Source: an uncultured Kiritimatiellota bacterium
GTDB taxonomy: Bacteria; Verrucomicrobiota; Kiritimatiellia; RFP12; UBA1067
Length of the DNA stretch: 64,000 nt
NCBI GenBank assembly: GCA_934675625.1
Contig: CAKURH010000002.1
Location: forward strand, 5,471-69,470
Direction of reading: 5' to 3'
In this document: one piece after another, positions 1-10,316 of the stretch
Position numbering within the stretch: the first letter of the stretch is position 1
Layout: every line of letters begins with the position of its first letter
Notes under the pieces: model-generated
Databases searched by the model: none
Told to the model about the DNA's origin: nothing
The model's input: the letters and a program-made list of their open reading frames with translations, nothing else
Program-made: the position numbers and the translations under genes

Positions 1-26
1 TTAGTACCTGAAAACTCACGGCGCAT

Positions 27-35
27 ATTTTACCA
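27..35 (-). promoter_or_regulatory. extended -10 promoter (TGGTAAAAT) for a leftward gene that runs off the window
   Basis: Reverse complement of 27-35 is TGGTAAAAT. ATG (26-24) or GTG (19-17) follow within 0-7 nt. Same architecture as the other TGnTATAAT promoters in the window. The gene body lies outside the window. Confidence 0.35.
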
Positions 36-131
36 AAAAATCCGCCCCCCCACTTGCGCAAAAAACAAAAATTTTGTATCATTCACTCCGTCACTTCAAT
101 AAAGAGGCTCCAAAAGAGGTATCACTAGACT

Positions 132-1259
132 ATGAATAAAGTTCTGCACGTCCTCGTTTACGTGTTTCTGGCGCTTGCCGCCGCCGCGCTCTACTTCGAG
201 CTGCAGCTCAACGCCAAACGCGCCCTTCTGACCGATCGAAACCGGTTGCAGGAAGACTATCTCGTCAAGATCGCGCGCACGATCGAAAAGGGCGACCCGG
301 CGAAAGACCTCTCGCTGGAGATCAAGAAAGACGCCTCGCCCGTCGAGGCCCGCCTCGTCGACTCGCCCGACATGAGCAACGTGCTCGAAGACTACAACGG
401 CGCCCTTGAGCAGACGCGCACGGGCGACGACGTGACCTACAAGTGGGGCGAGAACGAGCGCCGCCAGCTGCGCATGGTCTACGCGACCGACGTCAATGGC
501 GACCCGCTGATGGACGGCAACCAGCCCCTCATGCGCGGGCCGGGGACGGAAGACGAGCTGCTGAACCGCCTCTTCGAGTCCGCCAAGGCCCAGCAGGCGC
601 GCCTCAACACGACGCGCGCGGCGCTCGCCGACCTCCGCGCGAAGCTCGAGGCCGCCGTGACGGAGATCAACCGCCTGAAGCCCGAGGCGCGTCAGGACAA
701 GGTGACGATCACCGAGCTGAAGGCGAAGATGAGCGAGGCCGAACAGGGCCGCGAAAAGGTGCAGAGCGACGTGGCGAAGATCAAGTCGCAGATTGACGAG
801 CTGAACGGCGAGATCGCCTCGAAGAACGACGAGATCCAGAAGAAGGACGAGGAAATCGAGGCGAAGAACGAGGAGATCGCCAAGGCGAAGCAGCTCAACG
901 AGAACCTTCGCAAGATGCTTCAGGCGTCGATCCAGACGCAGGGCACCGCCTCGGCGGCGGGCGCGGGCACGGCCGTCACGTCGCTCCCGGCGGGCGACAA
1001 GGGCAAGGTCGTCGAGGCCGACAACGAGAAGATGTTCGCCGTCGTCGCGTTCTCCGACGAGGCCCTGAAGGAACTCAAGGGCGACGACCTCGCGAAGCCG
1101 CTGCCGTCGATTGACCTCGGCGTCAAGCGCGGCGAGTCGTTCGTCGGGCGCATCCGCCTCCGTCAGGAAGTCAAGGGCAAGCCCTACGTGATCTGCGACA
1201 TCCTCGGCGCGTGGGCGCAGGATTCGCTCGACGAAGGCGACACGGTCTTCGCTGACTGA
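132..1259 (+). CDS. hypothetical membrane-anchored coiled-coil protein
   Basis: 375-aa ORF with ATG start. N-terminal hydrophobic helix (VLHVLVYVFLALAAAALYF) followed by a long K/E/Q-rich coiled-coil-like stretch (KIKSQIDELNGEIASKNDEIQKKDEEIEAKNEEIAKAKQ). Codon usage resembles neighbouring genes. No family recognised. Confidence 0.6.
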   Translation: MNKVLHVLVYVFLALAAAALYFELQLNAKRALLTDRNRLQEDYLVKIARTIEKGDPAKDLSLEIKKDASPVEARLVDSPDMSNVLEDYNGALEQTRTGDDVTYKWGENERRQLRMVYATDVNGDPLMDGNQPLMRGPGTEDELLNRLFESAKAQQARLNTTRAALADLRAKLEAAVTEINRLKPEARQDKVTITELKAKMSEAEQGREKVQSDVAKIKSQIDELNGEIASKNDEIQKKDEEIEAKNEEIAKAKQLNENLRKMLQASIQTQGTASAAGAGTAVTSLPAGDKGKVVEADNEKMFAVVAFSDEALKELKGDDLAKPLPSIDLGVKRGESFVGRIRLRQEVKGKPYVICDILGAWAQDSLDEGDTVFAD

Positions 1260-1417
1260 TGAAAGCCGTCGAACGCATTCTGGCCGGTCTGGCGCTGGCG
1301 CTCCTCGCGGGTTGCCTCGCCGACTCGGCGGAGGATTCGGACCTTCCGTGGGCCTCCAGCCGAAGCTGGGAGGGCATCGCCCCGATTGCGCCTTCCGTGA
1401 TGGATCGGTATGACTAA
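1259..1417 (+). CDS. small putative lipoprotein (52 aa), translationally coupled to the upstream gene
   Basis: Below the ORF-track cutoff. ATG at 1259 overlaps the upstream TGA (TGATG). Translation is MKAVERILAGLALALLAGCLADSAEDSDLPWASSRSWEGIAPIAPSVMDRYD, with a signal peptide plus lipobox LLAGC. Stop TAA at 1415-1417. Confidence 0.45.
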   Translation: MKAVERILAGLALALLAGCLADSAEDSDLPWASSRSWEGIAPIAPSVMDRYD

Positions 1418-1447
1418 AGGGCTGAGAGAGATTGAGAGGTTTGGAAA

Positions 1448-2404
1448 ATGATTGAAAACCAAATCCTCACGGTCAAGGAAGGCGGCGTCCGGCTGGACGT
1501 CGCCCTTCTTCATGCCTTTCCCAACGCGACGCGGGCGTTCATCCGCGAAGCGGTCGCCGACGGGGCGGTGCTCGTCGACGGACGGCGCGCGGCGAAGGGC
1601 CTGAAGCTGCGCGGCGGCGAGACGATCTGCGTGAAGGAGCTGCTCGAGGCCGACGACAACCTCGTCGCGCCCGCCGGGGCCTGTCCCCCATCCCTGTTCG
1701 AAGACGCCGCGCTCCTCGCGTTCGACAAGCCGGCCGGCGTGCCCGTCCAGCCGCTCACCTGCCGCGAGACGGGCACGCTCATGAACGCCGTCGCGACGCG
1801 CTACCCCGACTGCCGCGCGCTCGGCCCGGTGCTGACGCGCCTAGGGGAAAGCCCGCTCATGGCCGGGGCCCTGCACCGCATCGACGCGGACACGTCCGGC
1901 CTCGTCCTCGTCGCGCGCACGGCCGAGGCGTTCGAGAGCCTGCGCGCCCAGTTCGCCGCGCAGACCGTCCGGAAGACCTACCTCGCGCTCGTCGAAGGAG
2001 CCGTCGCCGTCGGCGGCACGCTCGAAAACGACCTCGTCCACGATCCGACGCTCCCGTTCTGCCGAATGATCGACGCGCACCGCAACCGCCTGACGCGCGC
2101 CCAATGCGCGCGGCTGAAGCCGCTGCGCGCCGTGACACAGTTCCGCCCCCTCGCGCACACGACGGTCGAGAGCGAGGTTCGCACCCTTCTGGAAGTCACG
2201 ATCTTCACGGGCGTCACGCACCAGATCCGCGCGCAGCTCGCGCTCGCGGGGCATCACATCGTGAACGACCGCCTCTACGGCGCGTTCGCCGTCGAGGGCC
2301 AGACGGGGCATTGCCTCCACGCCCTCGCGGCGGCGTTCAGGCATCCCGTGTCCGGGAATCCGGTCGAGATCCGGACGCCGCGCCCGGCCTGGGCCGAATC
2401 CTAA
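1448..2404 (+). CDS. RluA-family 23S rRNA pseudouridine synthase (S4-like N-terminus, RluD/RluC type)
   Basis: 318 aa. Catalytic motif HRIDADTSGLVLVART (HRLDxxTSG). Also TYLALVEG and THQIRAQLA motifs typical of the family. Confidence 0.85.
   Translation: MIENQILTVKEGGVRLDVALLHAFPNATRAFIREAVADGAVLVDGRRAAKGLKLRGGETICVKELLEADDNLVAPAGACPPSLFEDAALLAFDKPAGVPVQPLTCRETGTLMNAVATRYPDCRALGPVLTRLGESPLMAGALHRIDADTSGLVLVARTAEAFESLRAQFAAQTVRKTYLALVEGAVAVGGTLENDLVHDPTLPFCRMIDAHRNRLTRAQCARLKPLRAVTQFRPLAHTTVESEVRTLLEVTIFTGVTHQIRAQLALAGHHIVNDRLYGAFAVEGQTGHCLHALAAAFRHPVSGNPVEIRTPRPAWAES
1676..1688 (+). repeat. isolated copy of GGGGCCTGTCCCC inside the pseudouridine synthase CDS
   Basis: Exact 13-mer identical to the copy at 27031-27043. 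It is followed by CAT, as in the copies upstream of dnaK. It encodes GACPP. Confidence 0.7.
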
Positions 2405-2445
2405 CAGAATCCTAACACGCTTCTTATCCGTTCCTCACAGTCATT

Positions 2446-2454
2446 TGCGATAAT
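2446..2454 (+). promoter_or_regulatory. extended -10 promoter TGCGATAAT
   Basis: TGCGATAAT lies 11 nt upstream of the ATG at 2466, predicting a very short leader for the small ORF and Na/Pi transporter transcript. Confidence 0.45.
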
Positions 2455-2465
2455 GCGCGGTGACA

Positions 2466-2591
2466 ATGAACGAGAAGAAGGAGAAGAAGCGTATGCACAA
2501 GGAACTCAGAACCCGAATCGAGGTCATCGCCGCGCTCGCGGCGGTCGCGGCCCTTTACCTGCTGAACTGGCTGGCGGGGAACCTGCCGTAA
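2466..2591 (+). CDS. small putative membrane protein (41 aa)
   Basis: MNEKKEKKRMHKELRTRIEVIAALAAVAALYLLNWLAGNLP: basic N-terminus plus one hydrophobic helix. Sits directly behind a TGnGATAAT promoter and 13 nt before the Na/Pi transporter start. Too short for the ORF track. Confidence 0.35.
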   Translation: MNEKKEKKRMHKELRTRIEVIAALAAVAALYLLNWLAGNLP

Positions 2592-2604
2592 CGGAGCGCG
2601 CACG

Positions 2605-4287
2605 ATGAACGACTACATTCAGCTGACGATCGCCGTCCTCGGCGGCCTCGCCCTCTTCGTCTACGGCATGGGCCTCATGAGCGACGGCCTCAAGGAGACC
2701 GCCGGCGAGAAGATGAAGGCCGCGCTCGGCTACATGACGAAGAACCGCTTCTTCGCGATTCTCGCGGGCACGACCGTGACGGCGCTCATCCAGAGCTCGT
2801 CCGCGACGAGCGTCATGACGGTCGGCTTCGTAAACGCCGGCCTCATCACGCTCCAGCAGGCCATCGGCGTCATCTTCGGCGCGAACATCGGCACGACCGT
2901 GACGGGGCAGATCGTCTCGCTCAAGCTCGACGACCTCGCGCTGCCCGCCGTCACGCTCGGCGTCATCGGCCTCATGGTCGCCAGGCGCACCGTGACGCGC
3001 GGCGTTTGGCGCACGATCCTCGGATTCGGCCTCCTCTTCTTCGGCATGACGATGATGTCGCAGGAACTGAAGGTGCTCGCGAAGGATCCCGGCTTCGTCG
3101 CGTTCTTCTCGCGCTTCGACTGCACGCCGGGCGCGAGCGGCTACCTGCCGCCGCTCGCCGTGCTCGGCGCCGTCGCCGTCGGCACGCTCTGCACGATGCT
3201 CGTGCAGAGCTCGTCCGCCACGATCGGCATCACCATCGCGCTCGCCGAGACGGGCGTCATTTCGCTCTGGACGGCCGTCCCGATCGTCCTCGGCGACAAC
3301 ATCGGCACGACGATCACCGCCGCGCTCGCGTCGATCGGCGGCAACGCGAACGCGCGGCGGACGGCCCTCGCGCACGCGCTCTTCAACGTCTTCGGCACGG
3401 TTCTCGTGCTGATCAGCTTCGGCTTCGTCTTCACGAACGCCGACAAGGTGGCCGCGCCGGCCTTCTTCCACCTCGTCGACCTCTGCACGGACGGCAACGG
3501 CTTCGCGGGCGAGACGCCCGGTCGCCACGTCGCGATGGCGCACACGATCTTCAACGTCGCGAACGTGATCGTCCAGACGCCGTTCATTCCGCTTATCGCA
3601 CGGCTCTGCTCGCGCCTCATCGGCGACGACAAGACGGCGCGCGTCCAGGCGCTGGAGCCGCACCTGCTCGCCGCGCCCGCCCTCGCGCTCCACGCCGTGC
3701 GGCTTGCGCTGGGCGACATGACGCGGCGCGCGTGGACGATTTCCTCCGTCGCGCTCAACAACTGCCTTGGCCGCGCGAACGTGGACGAGGAGTCCGTGCA
3801 GAACGCCGAGAAGGAAATCGACGAGATGCAGGCGCGCATCCGCGACTACCTCGTCGCCCTCTCGCAGCGCAAGCTGACCGAGCGCCAGGCGCAGGCCCTG
3901 CCGGAATTCGTCCACTGCGTCAACGACGCCGAGCGCATTTCGGACATCGCCGTGAAGATCTACCGCAAGACGGCGCGCATCCAGCGGCAAGGGCTCACGG
4001 ACGACCTGATCGAGGAGATGACAGACCTGATTGGCCACCTGCGCACCTTCGCACACGACACCGTGCACGTCCTGCGCAAGGGCGGTGCGCTGACCGAAGA
4101 GCCGGCCGTCGCCGAAGCCGAGATCAAGCGGGCGGCCAAGGCGATCTCGAAGCGGTATTCCGAGGCCCTGTGCGCCGCGACGGACGGCCTGCCGCGCGAC
4201 ACGGCGTTCCTGACGGTGCTTGCCGGCGTCCGGGACGTCTCCCGCCACATCGGCAACATCGCCGAGCGCATTTCCGCACTCGGCTAA
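2605..4287 (+). CDS. Na/Pi-cotransporter II-related protein with C-terminal PhoU-like domain
   Basis: 560 aa. Duplicated signature GANIGTTVT / GDNIGTTIT within a multi-TM N-terminal half. Helical PhoU-like C-terminal half. Confidence 0.85.
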   Translation: MNDYIQLTIAVLGGLALFVYGMGLMSDGLKETAGEKMKAALGYMTKNRFFAILAGTTVTALIQSSSATSVMTVGFVNAGLITLQQAIGVIFGANIGTTVTGQIVSLKLDDLALPAVTLGVIGLMVARRTVTRGVWRTILGFGLLFFGMTMMSQELKVLAKDPGFVAFFSRFDCTPGASGYLPPLAVLGAVAVGTLCTMLVQSSSATIGITIALAETGVISLWTAVPIVLGDNIGTTITAALASIGGNANARRTALAHALFNVFGTVLVLISFGFVFTNADKVAAPAFFHLVDLCTDGNGFAGETPGRHVAMAHTIFNVANVIVQTPFIPLIARLCSRLIGDDKTARVQALEPHLLAAPALALHAVRLALGDMTRRAWTISSVALNNCLGRANVDEESVQNAEKEIDEMQARIRDYLVALSQRKLTERQAQALPEFVHCVNDAERISDIAVKIYRKTARIQRQGLTDDLIEEMTDLIGHLRTFAHDTVHVLRKGGALTEEPAVAEAEIKRAAKAISKRYSEALCAATDGLPRDTAFLTVLAGVRDVSRHIGNIAERISALG

Positions 4288-4294
4288 AGAAATG

Positions 4295-4303
4295 TGCTAT
4301 AAT
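4295..4303 (+). promoter_or_regulatory. extended -10 promoter TGCTATAAT for the mscS-like gene
   Basis: GAAATGTGCTATAAT is followed by a roughly 30-nt leader containing AAGGAG, 7 nt before the ATG at 4336. Confidence 0.6.
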
Positions 4304-4335
4304 CTGCGGACACCCAAAACGAAAAGGAGTCCCAG

Positions 4336-5229
4336 ATGACAAACGAAATGGCAACGGCCGGCGTCTCGCTCGGCGAAAAAGTCTGCTCCGCATTCGACCA
4401 GCGCTTCGGCGCGCCGCAGGACGCCCTGCAGACGGCGCTCGACTGGCTCGCGACACGCGGCGTCTCCCTCGCGTTCGATTTCGTCGGCGCGCTCGCGCTT
4501 CTCCTCGTCGGCTGGCTCGCCACGAAGCTGATCGTCGCGGCCGTCGGAAAGGCCGTCTCGAAAGGCCGCCAGAGGGACACGCTGCTCGCCAGCTTCGTCC
4601 GCAACGCCACGTCCAAGGTCTGCTGGTCGGTGCTGCTCGTGCTGGTGCTCGGCCAGCTCGGCGTCAACGTCGCGCCGATCATCGCCGGCCTCGGCGTCAC
4701 GGGGTTCATCCTCGGCTTCGCCTTCCAGGAGTCGCTCGGCAACCTCGCCTCAGGCCTCATGATCGCCGTCAACGAACCGTTCAAGATCGGGGACTACGTC
4801 ATCGTCGCCGGGAACGAGGGCACCGTCCGGAAGGTCGACATGATGGCGACCGTGCTCGCGACGGGCGACAACAAGAAGATCATCATCCCCAACAAGAGCA
4901 CGTGGGGCAGCCCGATCGTCAACTTCACGGCGCTTGGCCGCCGCCGCGTCGATCTCAAGATCGGCATCGACTACTCGTGCGACGTCGCCAAGGCCATCCG
5001 CATCGCCCGCGAGACGCTGCCGACCGTGCCGGGCGTCCTCGCCGATCCGGCTCCGGCCGTGTTTGTCGCCGCGCTCGACGACAGCCAGGTCACGCTCAAC
5101 GTCCGCCCATGGACGGAAGGCGCGAACTACTGGGCCGTCTACAACGACGTGCAAATCGCCATCAAGACGGCATTCGAGCGCAACGACGTCGCCATCCCCT
5201 TCCCGCAGCTCACCGTCCACACGGTCTAA
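4336..5229 (+). CDS. mechanosensitive ion channel family protein (MscS type)
   Basis: 297 aa with three N-terminal TM helices. Pore-helix region GLGVTGFILGFAFQESLGNLASGLMIAVNEPFKIGDYV is typical of the MscS family. Confidence 0.85.
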   Translation: MTNEMATAGVSLGEKVCSAFDQRFGAPQDALQTALDWLATRGVSLAFDFVGALALLLVGWLATKLIVAAVGKAVSKGRQRDTLLASFVRNATSKVCWSVLLVLVLGQLGVNVAPIIAGLGVTGFILGFAFQESLGNLASGLMIAVNEPFKIGDYVIVAGNEGTVRKVDMMATVLATGDNKKIIIPNKSTWGSPIVNFTALGRRRVDLKIGIDYSCDVAKAIRIARETLPTVPGVLADPAPAVFVAALDDSQVTLNVRPWTEGANYWAVYNDVQIAIKTAFERNDVAIPFPQLTVHTV

Positions 5230-5276
5230 GCGCACGGCGAGAGGGCACGGCGGACTCTGCGCGGCGCCTCGGCGGG

Positions 5277-6014
5277 CTAGGCGAGTTCGCGCGAACGCTG
5301 CGCGGCGGCCGCGAGCGTCTTCGCGACGGTCTTCTTGAACGACGGCGTCGCGAGGAACTTCATGCCCGCCGCCGTCGTGCCGCCCTTCGTGCAGACGCCG
5401 TCGATGAACGCCCTGAGCGGCATCTGCGACTCGCGCAGGAACTTCGCCGTGCCGTACATCGTCTGCTCCGCGAGGAGCCGCGCGACGGACGGCTTCAATC
5501 CCAGCGCCACGCCGCCCTCGACCATCGCCTCCTCCATGTAGGCGAAGTAGGCGGGGCCCGACCCGGAGAGCGCCGTCACCGCGTCAAAGTCCTTCTCCTT
5601 CAGGACGACCGTCGCGCCCGCCCCGCCGAGAATCCGCTCGACCTCGGCGAGGTGCTTCTTCGGCGCACGCGGCCCCGGACAGATCGCGCACATGCCCGCG
5701 CCCGCCCGCAGCGCGAGGTTCGGCATGACGCGGATGAGGTTCACCTTCGCGCCCAGCGTCTGCCGCAGCCGCTTGAGCGTCTTGCCCGCGACGATCGAGA
5801 CGACCGTCTGCCGCGCCGTCAGGAACGGCTTCACCTCCGCCGCGACGGCATCCACGTCCTGCGGACGCACCGCGAGGAAGATGAGCTCGCACGTCTTGGC
5901 GATCTCGACATTGCGGTTGTCGTCAACCGAGGAGAGAATGACGGACGACGGATCGTCCATCGCCGAGAGAATGCCCTGGGCCATCTTGCCCGCACCGAAG
6001 AATCCGATTTTCAT
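5277..6014 (-). CDS. proC: pyrroline-5-carboxylate reductase
   Basis: 245 aa. Rossmann start MKIGFFGAGKMAQ. C-terminal P5CR signature CTKGGTTAAG. Confidence 0.85.
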   Translation of the reverse strand: MKIGFFGAGKMAQGILSAMDDPSSVILSSVDDNRNVEIAKTCELIFLAVRPQDVDAVAAEVKPFLTARQTVVSIVAGKTLKRLRQTLGAKVNLIRVMPNLALRAGAGMCAICPGPRAPKKHLAEVERILGGAGATVVLKEKDFDAVTALSGSGPAYFAYMEEAMVEGGVALGLKPSVARLLAEQTMYGTAKFLRESQMPLRAFIDGVCTKGGTTAAGMKFLATPSFKKTVAKTLAAAAQRSRELA

Positions 6015-6020
6015 GTGGGT

Positions 6021-6050
6021 ATTGTCTCATAATCTCCGTCCGCGCGTCAA
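6021..6050 (-). promoter_or_regulatory. sigma70-type promoter TTGACG-18-(TGa)GACAAT, leaderless proC
   Basis: Reverse complement gives TTGACG (6050-6045) and TGAGACAAT (6029-6021). Only 6 nt separate the -10 from the proC ATG at 6014. Confidence 0.5.
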
Positions 6051-6061
6051 GCCCGGCAACG

Positions 6062-6091
6062 AAAAAAAGGACGTCCCCGAAGGGACGCCCC
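6062..6091 (-). terminator. intrinsic terminator downstream of groEL
   Basis: On the minus strand: GGGGCGTCCC-TTCG-GGGACGTCC followed by TTTTTTT. Lies 30 nt after the groEL stop and before the proC promoter. Confidence 0.8.
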
Positions 6092-6120
6092 TTTTCTGTT
6101 CCGTCATCGACGGATGCGGC

Positions 6121-8123
<2,003 letters not shown>

Positions 8124-8156
8124 GTTTTGTTTTTTCCTTTTTTTTGGGTCGTTTGA

Positions 8157-8219
8157 TGTTTCTAGATGCTCTAGTCGCCCTAGTCTCCCTAGAACCTCTA
8201 GGGAGACTCGAACGGCTAG
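8157..8219 (-). repeat. 7 x 9-nt phased tandem repeat CTAGNNNNN in the dnaK-groES spacer
   Basis: Minus-strand read: CTAGCCGTT CGAGTCTCC CTAGAGGTT CTAGGGAGA CTAGGGCGA CTAGAGCAT CTAGAAACA. Contains the perfect inverted repeat TCTCCCTAGA-ggt-TCTAGGGAGA. Confidence 0.9.
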
Positions 8220-8228
8220 CCGTGAGAC

Positions 8229-10157
8229 TTACTTCATCGTGAAGTCGGCGTCGACGACGTCATCGCCGTTCTTCTTGCCGTCGTCCTTCGGCGGCTCGCT
8301 GTTCGGCGGCGGCGTGCCCGCGCCCGGATTCGCGCCGGCCGCGCCCTGCGCGGCCTGCGCGCTGGCATACATCTCCTGCGCGACGGGCTCCATCGCCTTC
8401 ATGAGCGCCTCCTGCTTCGCCTTGATGTCGGCGATCGGGGCCGGCGGCTGCTTCGCGAGCAGGTCCTTGAGCTCCTTGAGCGCGGCCTCGACCGGCGCCT
8501 TCTTGTCGGCGGCGATCTTGTCGCCCGCGTCCTTCAGCGTCTTCTCGACCTGGAAGGCGAGCCCGTCGGCCTTGTTGCGGTCCTCGACCTCGGCGTGGCG
8601 CTTCTCGTCCTCGGCCGCGTGGGCCTCGGCGTCCTTGCGCATCTTCTCGATCTCCTCCTTCGAGAGACCGCCCGCCGCCGTAATCGTGATCTTCTGCTCC
8701 TTCTGGGTGCCGAGATCCTTCGCCGAGACGTTGAGGATGCCGTTCGCGTCGATGTCGAACGTGACCTCGATCTGCGGGACGCCACGCGGCGCCGGCGGAA
8801 TGCCGTCCAGGTTGAAGTTGCCGAGCGCCTTGTTGTCGCGCGCCATCTTGCGGTCACCCTGGAAGATCGCAATCGTCACGGCCGGCTGGTTGTCCGCCGC
8901 CGTCGAGAAGACCTGCGACTTCTTCGTCGGGATCGTCGTGTTGCGCTCGATGAGCGGGGTCAACACGCCGCCGAGCGTCTCGATGCCGAGCGTCAGCGGG
9001 GTCACGTCGAGCAGGAGCACGTCCTTCACTTCGCCCTTCAGGATGCCGCCCTGAATGGCCGCGCCCATCGCGACGACCTCGTCCGGGTTGACGCCCTTGT
9101 GCGGCTCCTTGTTGAAGAGGCTCTTCGCCTTCTCCTGAATGAGCGGCATGCGCGTCTGGCCACCGACGAGGACGACCTCGTCGACCGTCGAGAGCTCCGC
9201 GTCCGCCATGCACTTGCGGCACGGCTCGGCGGTGCGGTTTACGAGATCCATCGTCAGCGTCTCGAGTTTCGAGCGCGTCAGCGTCGCCGTCAGGTGCTTC
9301 GGCCCCGTCGCGTCCGCCGTGATGAACGGCAGGTTGATGTCGTAGGTCGTCGCGCTCGACAGGGCGCATTTCGCCTTCTCGGCCTCTTCCTTCAGGCGCT
9401 GGAGGGCCATCATGTCGTTGCCGAGGTCGATGCCCTGCTGGGCCTTGAAGTCCTCGATCATCCACTTCATGATCGCCTGGTCGAGGTCGTCGCCGCCGAG
9501 GTGCGTGTCGCCGTTCGTGGCCTTCACCTCGAAGACGCCGTCGCCGATGTCGAGGATCGAGATGTCGAACGTGCCGCCGCCGAAGTCGTAGACCGCGATC
9601 TTCTCGTTTTTCTTCTTGTCGAGGCCATAGGCGAGCGAGGCCGCCGTCGGCTCGTTCACGATGCGCTTGACGTCAAGGCCCGCGATCTTGCCCGCGTCCT
9701 TCGTCGCCTGACGCTGCTGGTCGTTGAAGTACGCCGGAACCGTGATGACGGCCTCCGTGATCTTCTCGCCGAGAAACGCCTCCGCGTCTTCCTTCAGCTT
9801 GCGGAGGACCATCGCGGAAATCTCCTGCGCCGTGTAGATCTTGTCGTTCACCTTCACGGCCGCATCGCCGTTCGGCGCCGCGACGACCTCGTAAGGCACC
9901 ATCTTGATCTCGTCCGTCATCTCGCTGAAGCGACGGCCGATGAAGCGCTTGATGGAGTAGATCGTCGACTTCGGGTTCGTGACCGCCTGGCGCTTCGCCG
10001 CCTGGCCGACCAGGATCTCGCCCGTCTTCGTGAACGCCACGATCGACGGCGTCGTCCGCGCGCCCTCCTTGTTCGGGATGACCGTCGCCTCGCCGCCTTC
10101 CATCACGGCCATGCAGCTGTTCGTCGTGCCAAGGTCAATACCAAGTACTTTTGCCAT
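8229..10157 (-). CDS. dnaK: molecular chaperone DnaK (Hsp70)
   Basis: 642 aa. [26 protein letters not shown]-type motif ([13 protein letters not shown]), and a full substrate-binding domain and lid. Confidence 0.97.
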   Translation of the reverse strand: MAKVLGIDLGTTNSCMAVMEGGEATVIPNKEGARTTPSIVAFTKTGEILVGQAAKRQAVTNPKSTIYSIKRFIGRRFSEMTDEIKMVPYEVVAAPNGDAAVKVNDKIYTAQEISAMVLRKLKEDAEAFLGEKITEAVITVPAYFNDQQRQATKDAGKIAGLDVKRIVNEPTAASLAYGLDKKKNEKIAVYDFGGGTFDISILDIGDGVFEVKATNGDTHLGGDDLDQAIMKWMIEDFKAQQGIDLGNDMMALQRLKEEAEKAKCALSSATTYDINLPFITADATGPKHLTATLTRSKLETLTMDLVNRTAEPCRKCMADAELSTVDEVVLVGGQTRMPLIQEKAKSLFNKEPHKGVNPDEVVAMGAAIQGGILKGEVKDVLLLDVTPLTLGIETLGGVLTPLIERNTTIPTKKSQVFSTAADNQPAVTIAIFQGDRKMARDNKALGNFNLDGIPPAPRGVPQIEVTFDIDANGILNVSAKDLGTQKEQKITITAAGGLSKEEIEKMRKDAEAHAAEDEKRHAEVEDRNKADGLAFQVEKTLKDAGDKIAADKKAPVEAALKELKDLLAKQPPAPIADIKAKQEALMKAMEPVAQEMYASAQAAQGAAGANPGAGTPPPNSEPPKDDGKKNGDDVVDADFTMK

Positions 10158-10227
10158 AGTCTTTTCTCAACTTTCTTTCGCCCACCACGGGCGACGCCTC
10201 GTTTCTTGCAAACTCCATGCCAAACAT

Positions 10228-10314
10228 GGGGACAGACCCCAGCCCTTGGGGACATATCCTCGAAACATGGGGACAGACCCCCGGAATTGCGGCCAAATCG
10301 TGGGGACAGACCCC
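10228..10314 (-). repeat. four direct copies of the 13-nt mini-palindrome GGGGTCTGTCCCC (one degenerate) upstream of dnaK
   Basis: Plus-strand GGGGACAGACCCC at 10228-10240, 10269-10281 and 10302-10314, with a degenerate GGGGACATATCC at 10248-10259. On the coding strand each reads GGGGTCTGTCCCCA(T/C)G(T/A)TT. Confidence 0.9.
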
Positions 10315-10316
10315 TT

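Noticed and set aside
3006-6032. 1008-aa plus-strand ORF spanning the Na/Pi transporter, mscS and proC. Similar long shadow ORFs occur at 13015-16500, 16232-18361, 20944-23640, 28022-30679 (N-terminal extension), 30842-33448, 61986-63785 and elsewhere.
   Set aside because: These are Arg/Pro/Ala-rich low-complexity translations. They overlap well-supported genes in another frame or strand and have no recognisable domains.
8124-8231. The dnaK stop codon is in frame with groES and the 105-nt spacer has no stop codon, raising the idea of a DnaK-GroES readthrough fusion.
   Set aside because: No recoding signal is evident. A stop-free 35-codon stretch is unremarkable in GC-rich DNA. GroES has its own conserved ATG.
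10225-10282. Sigma32-type promoters: the repeat unit contains CCCCATGT, resembling the E. coli RpoH -10 consensus CCCCATNT.
   Set aside because: No CTTGAA-like -35 lies at the required 13-15 nt spacing for any copy. The same repeat also occurs inside coding sequences. I keep it only as a remote possibility.
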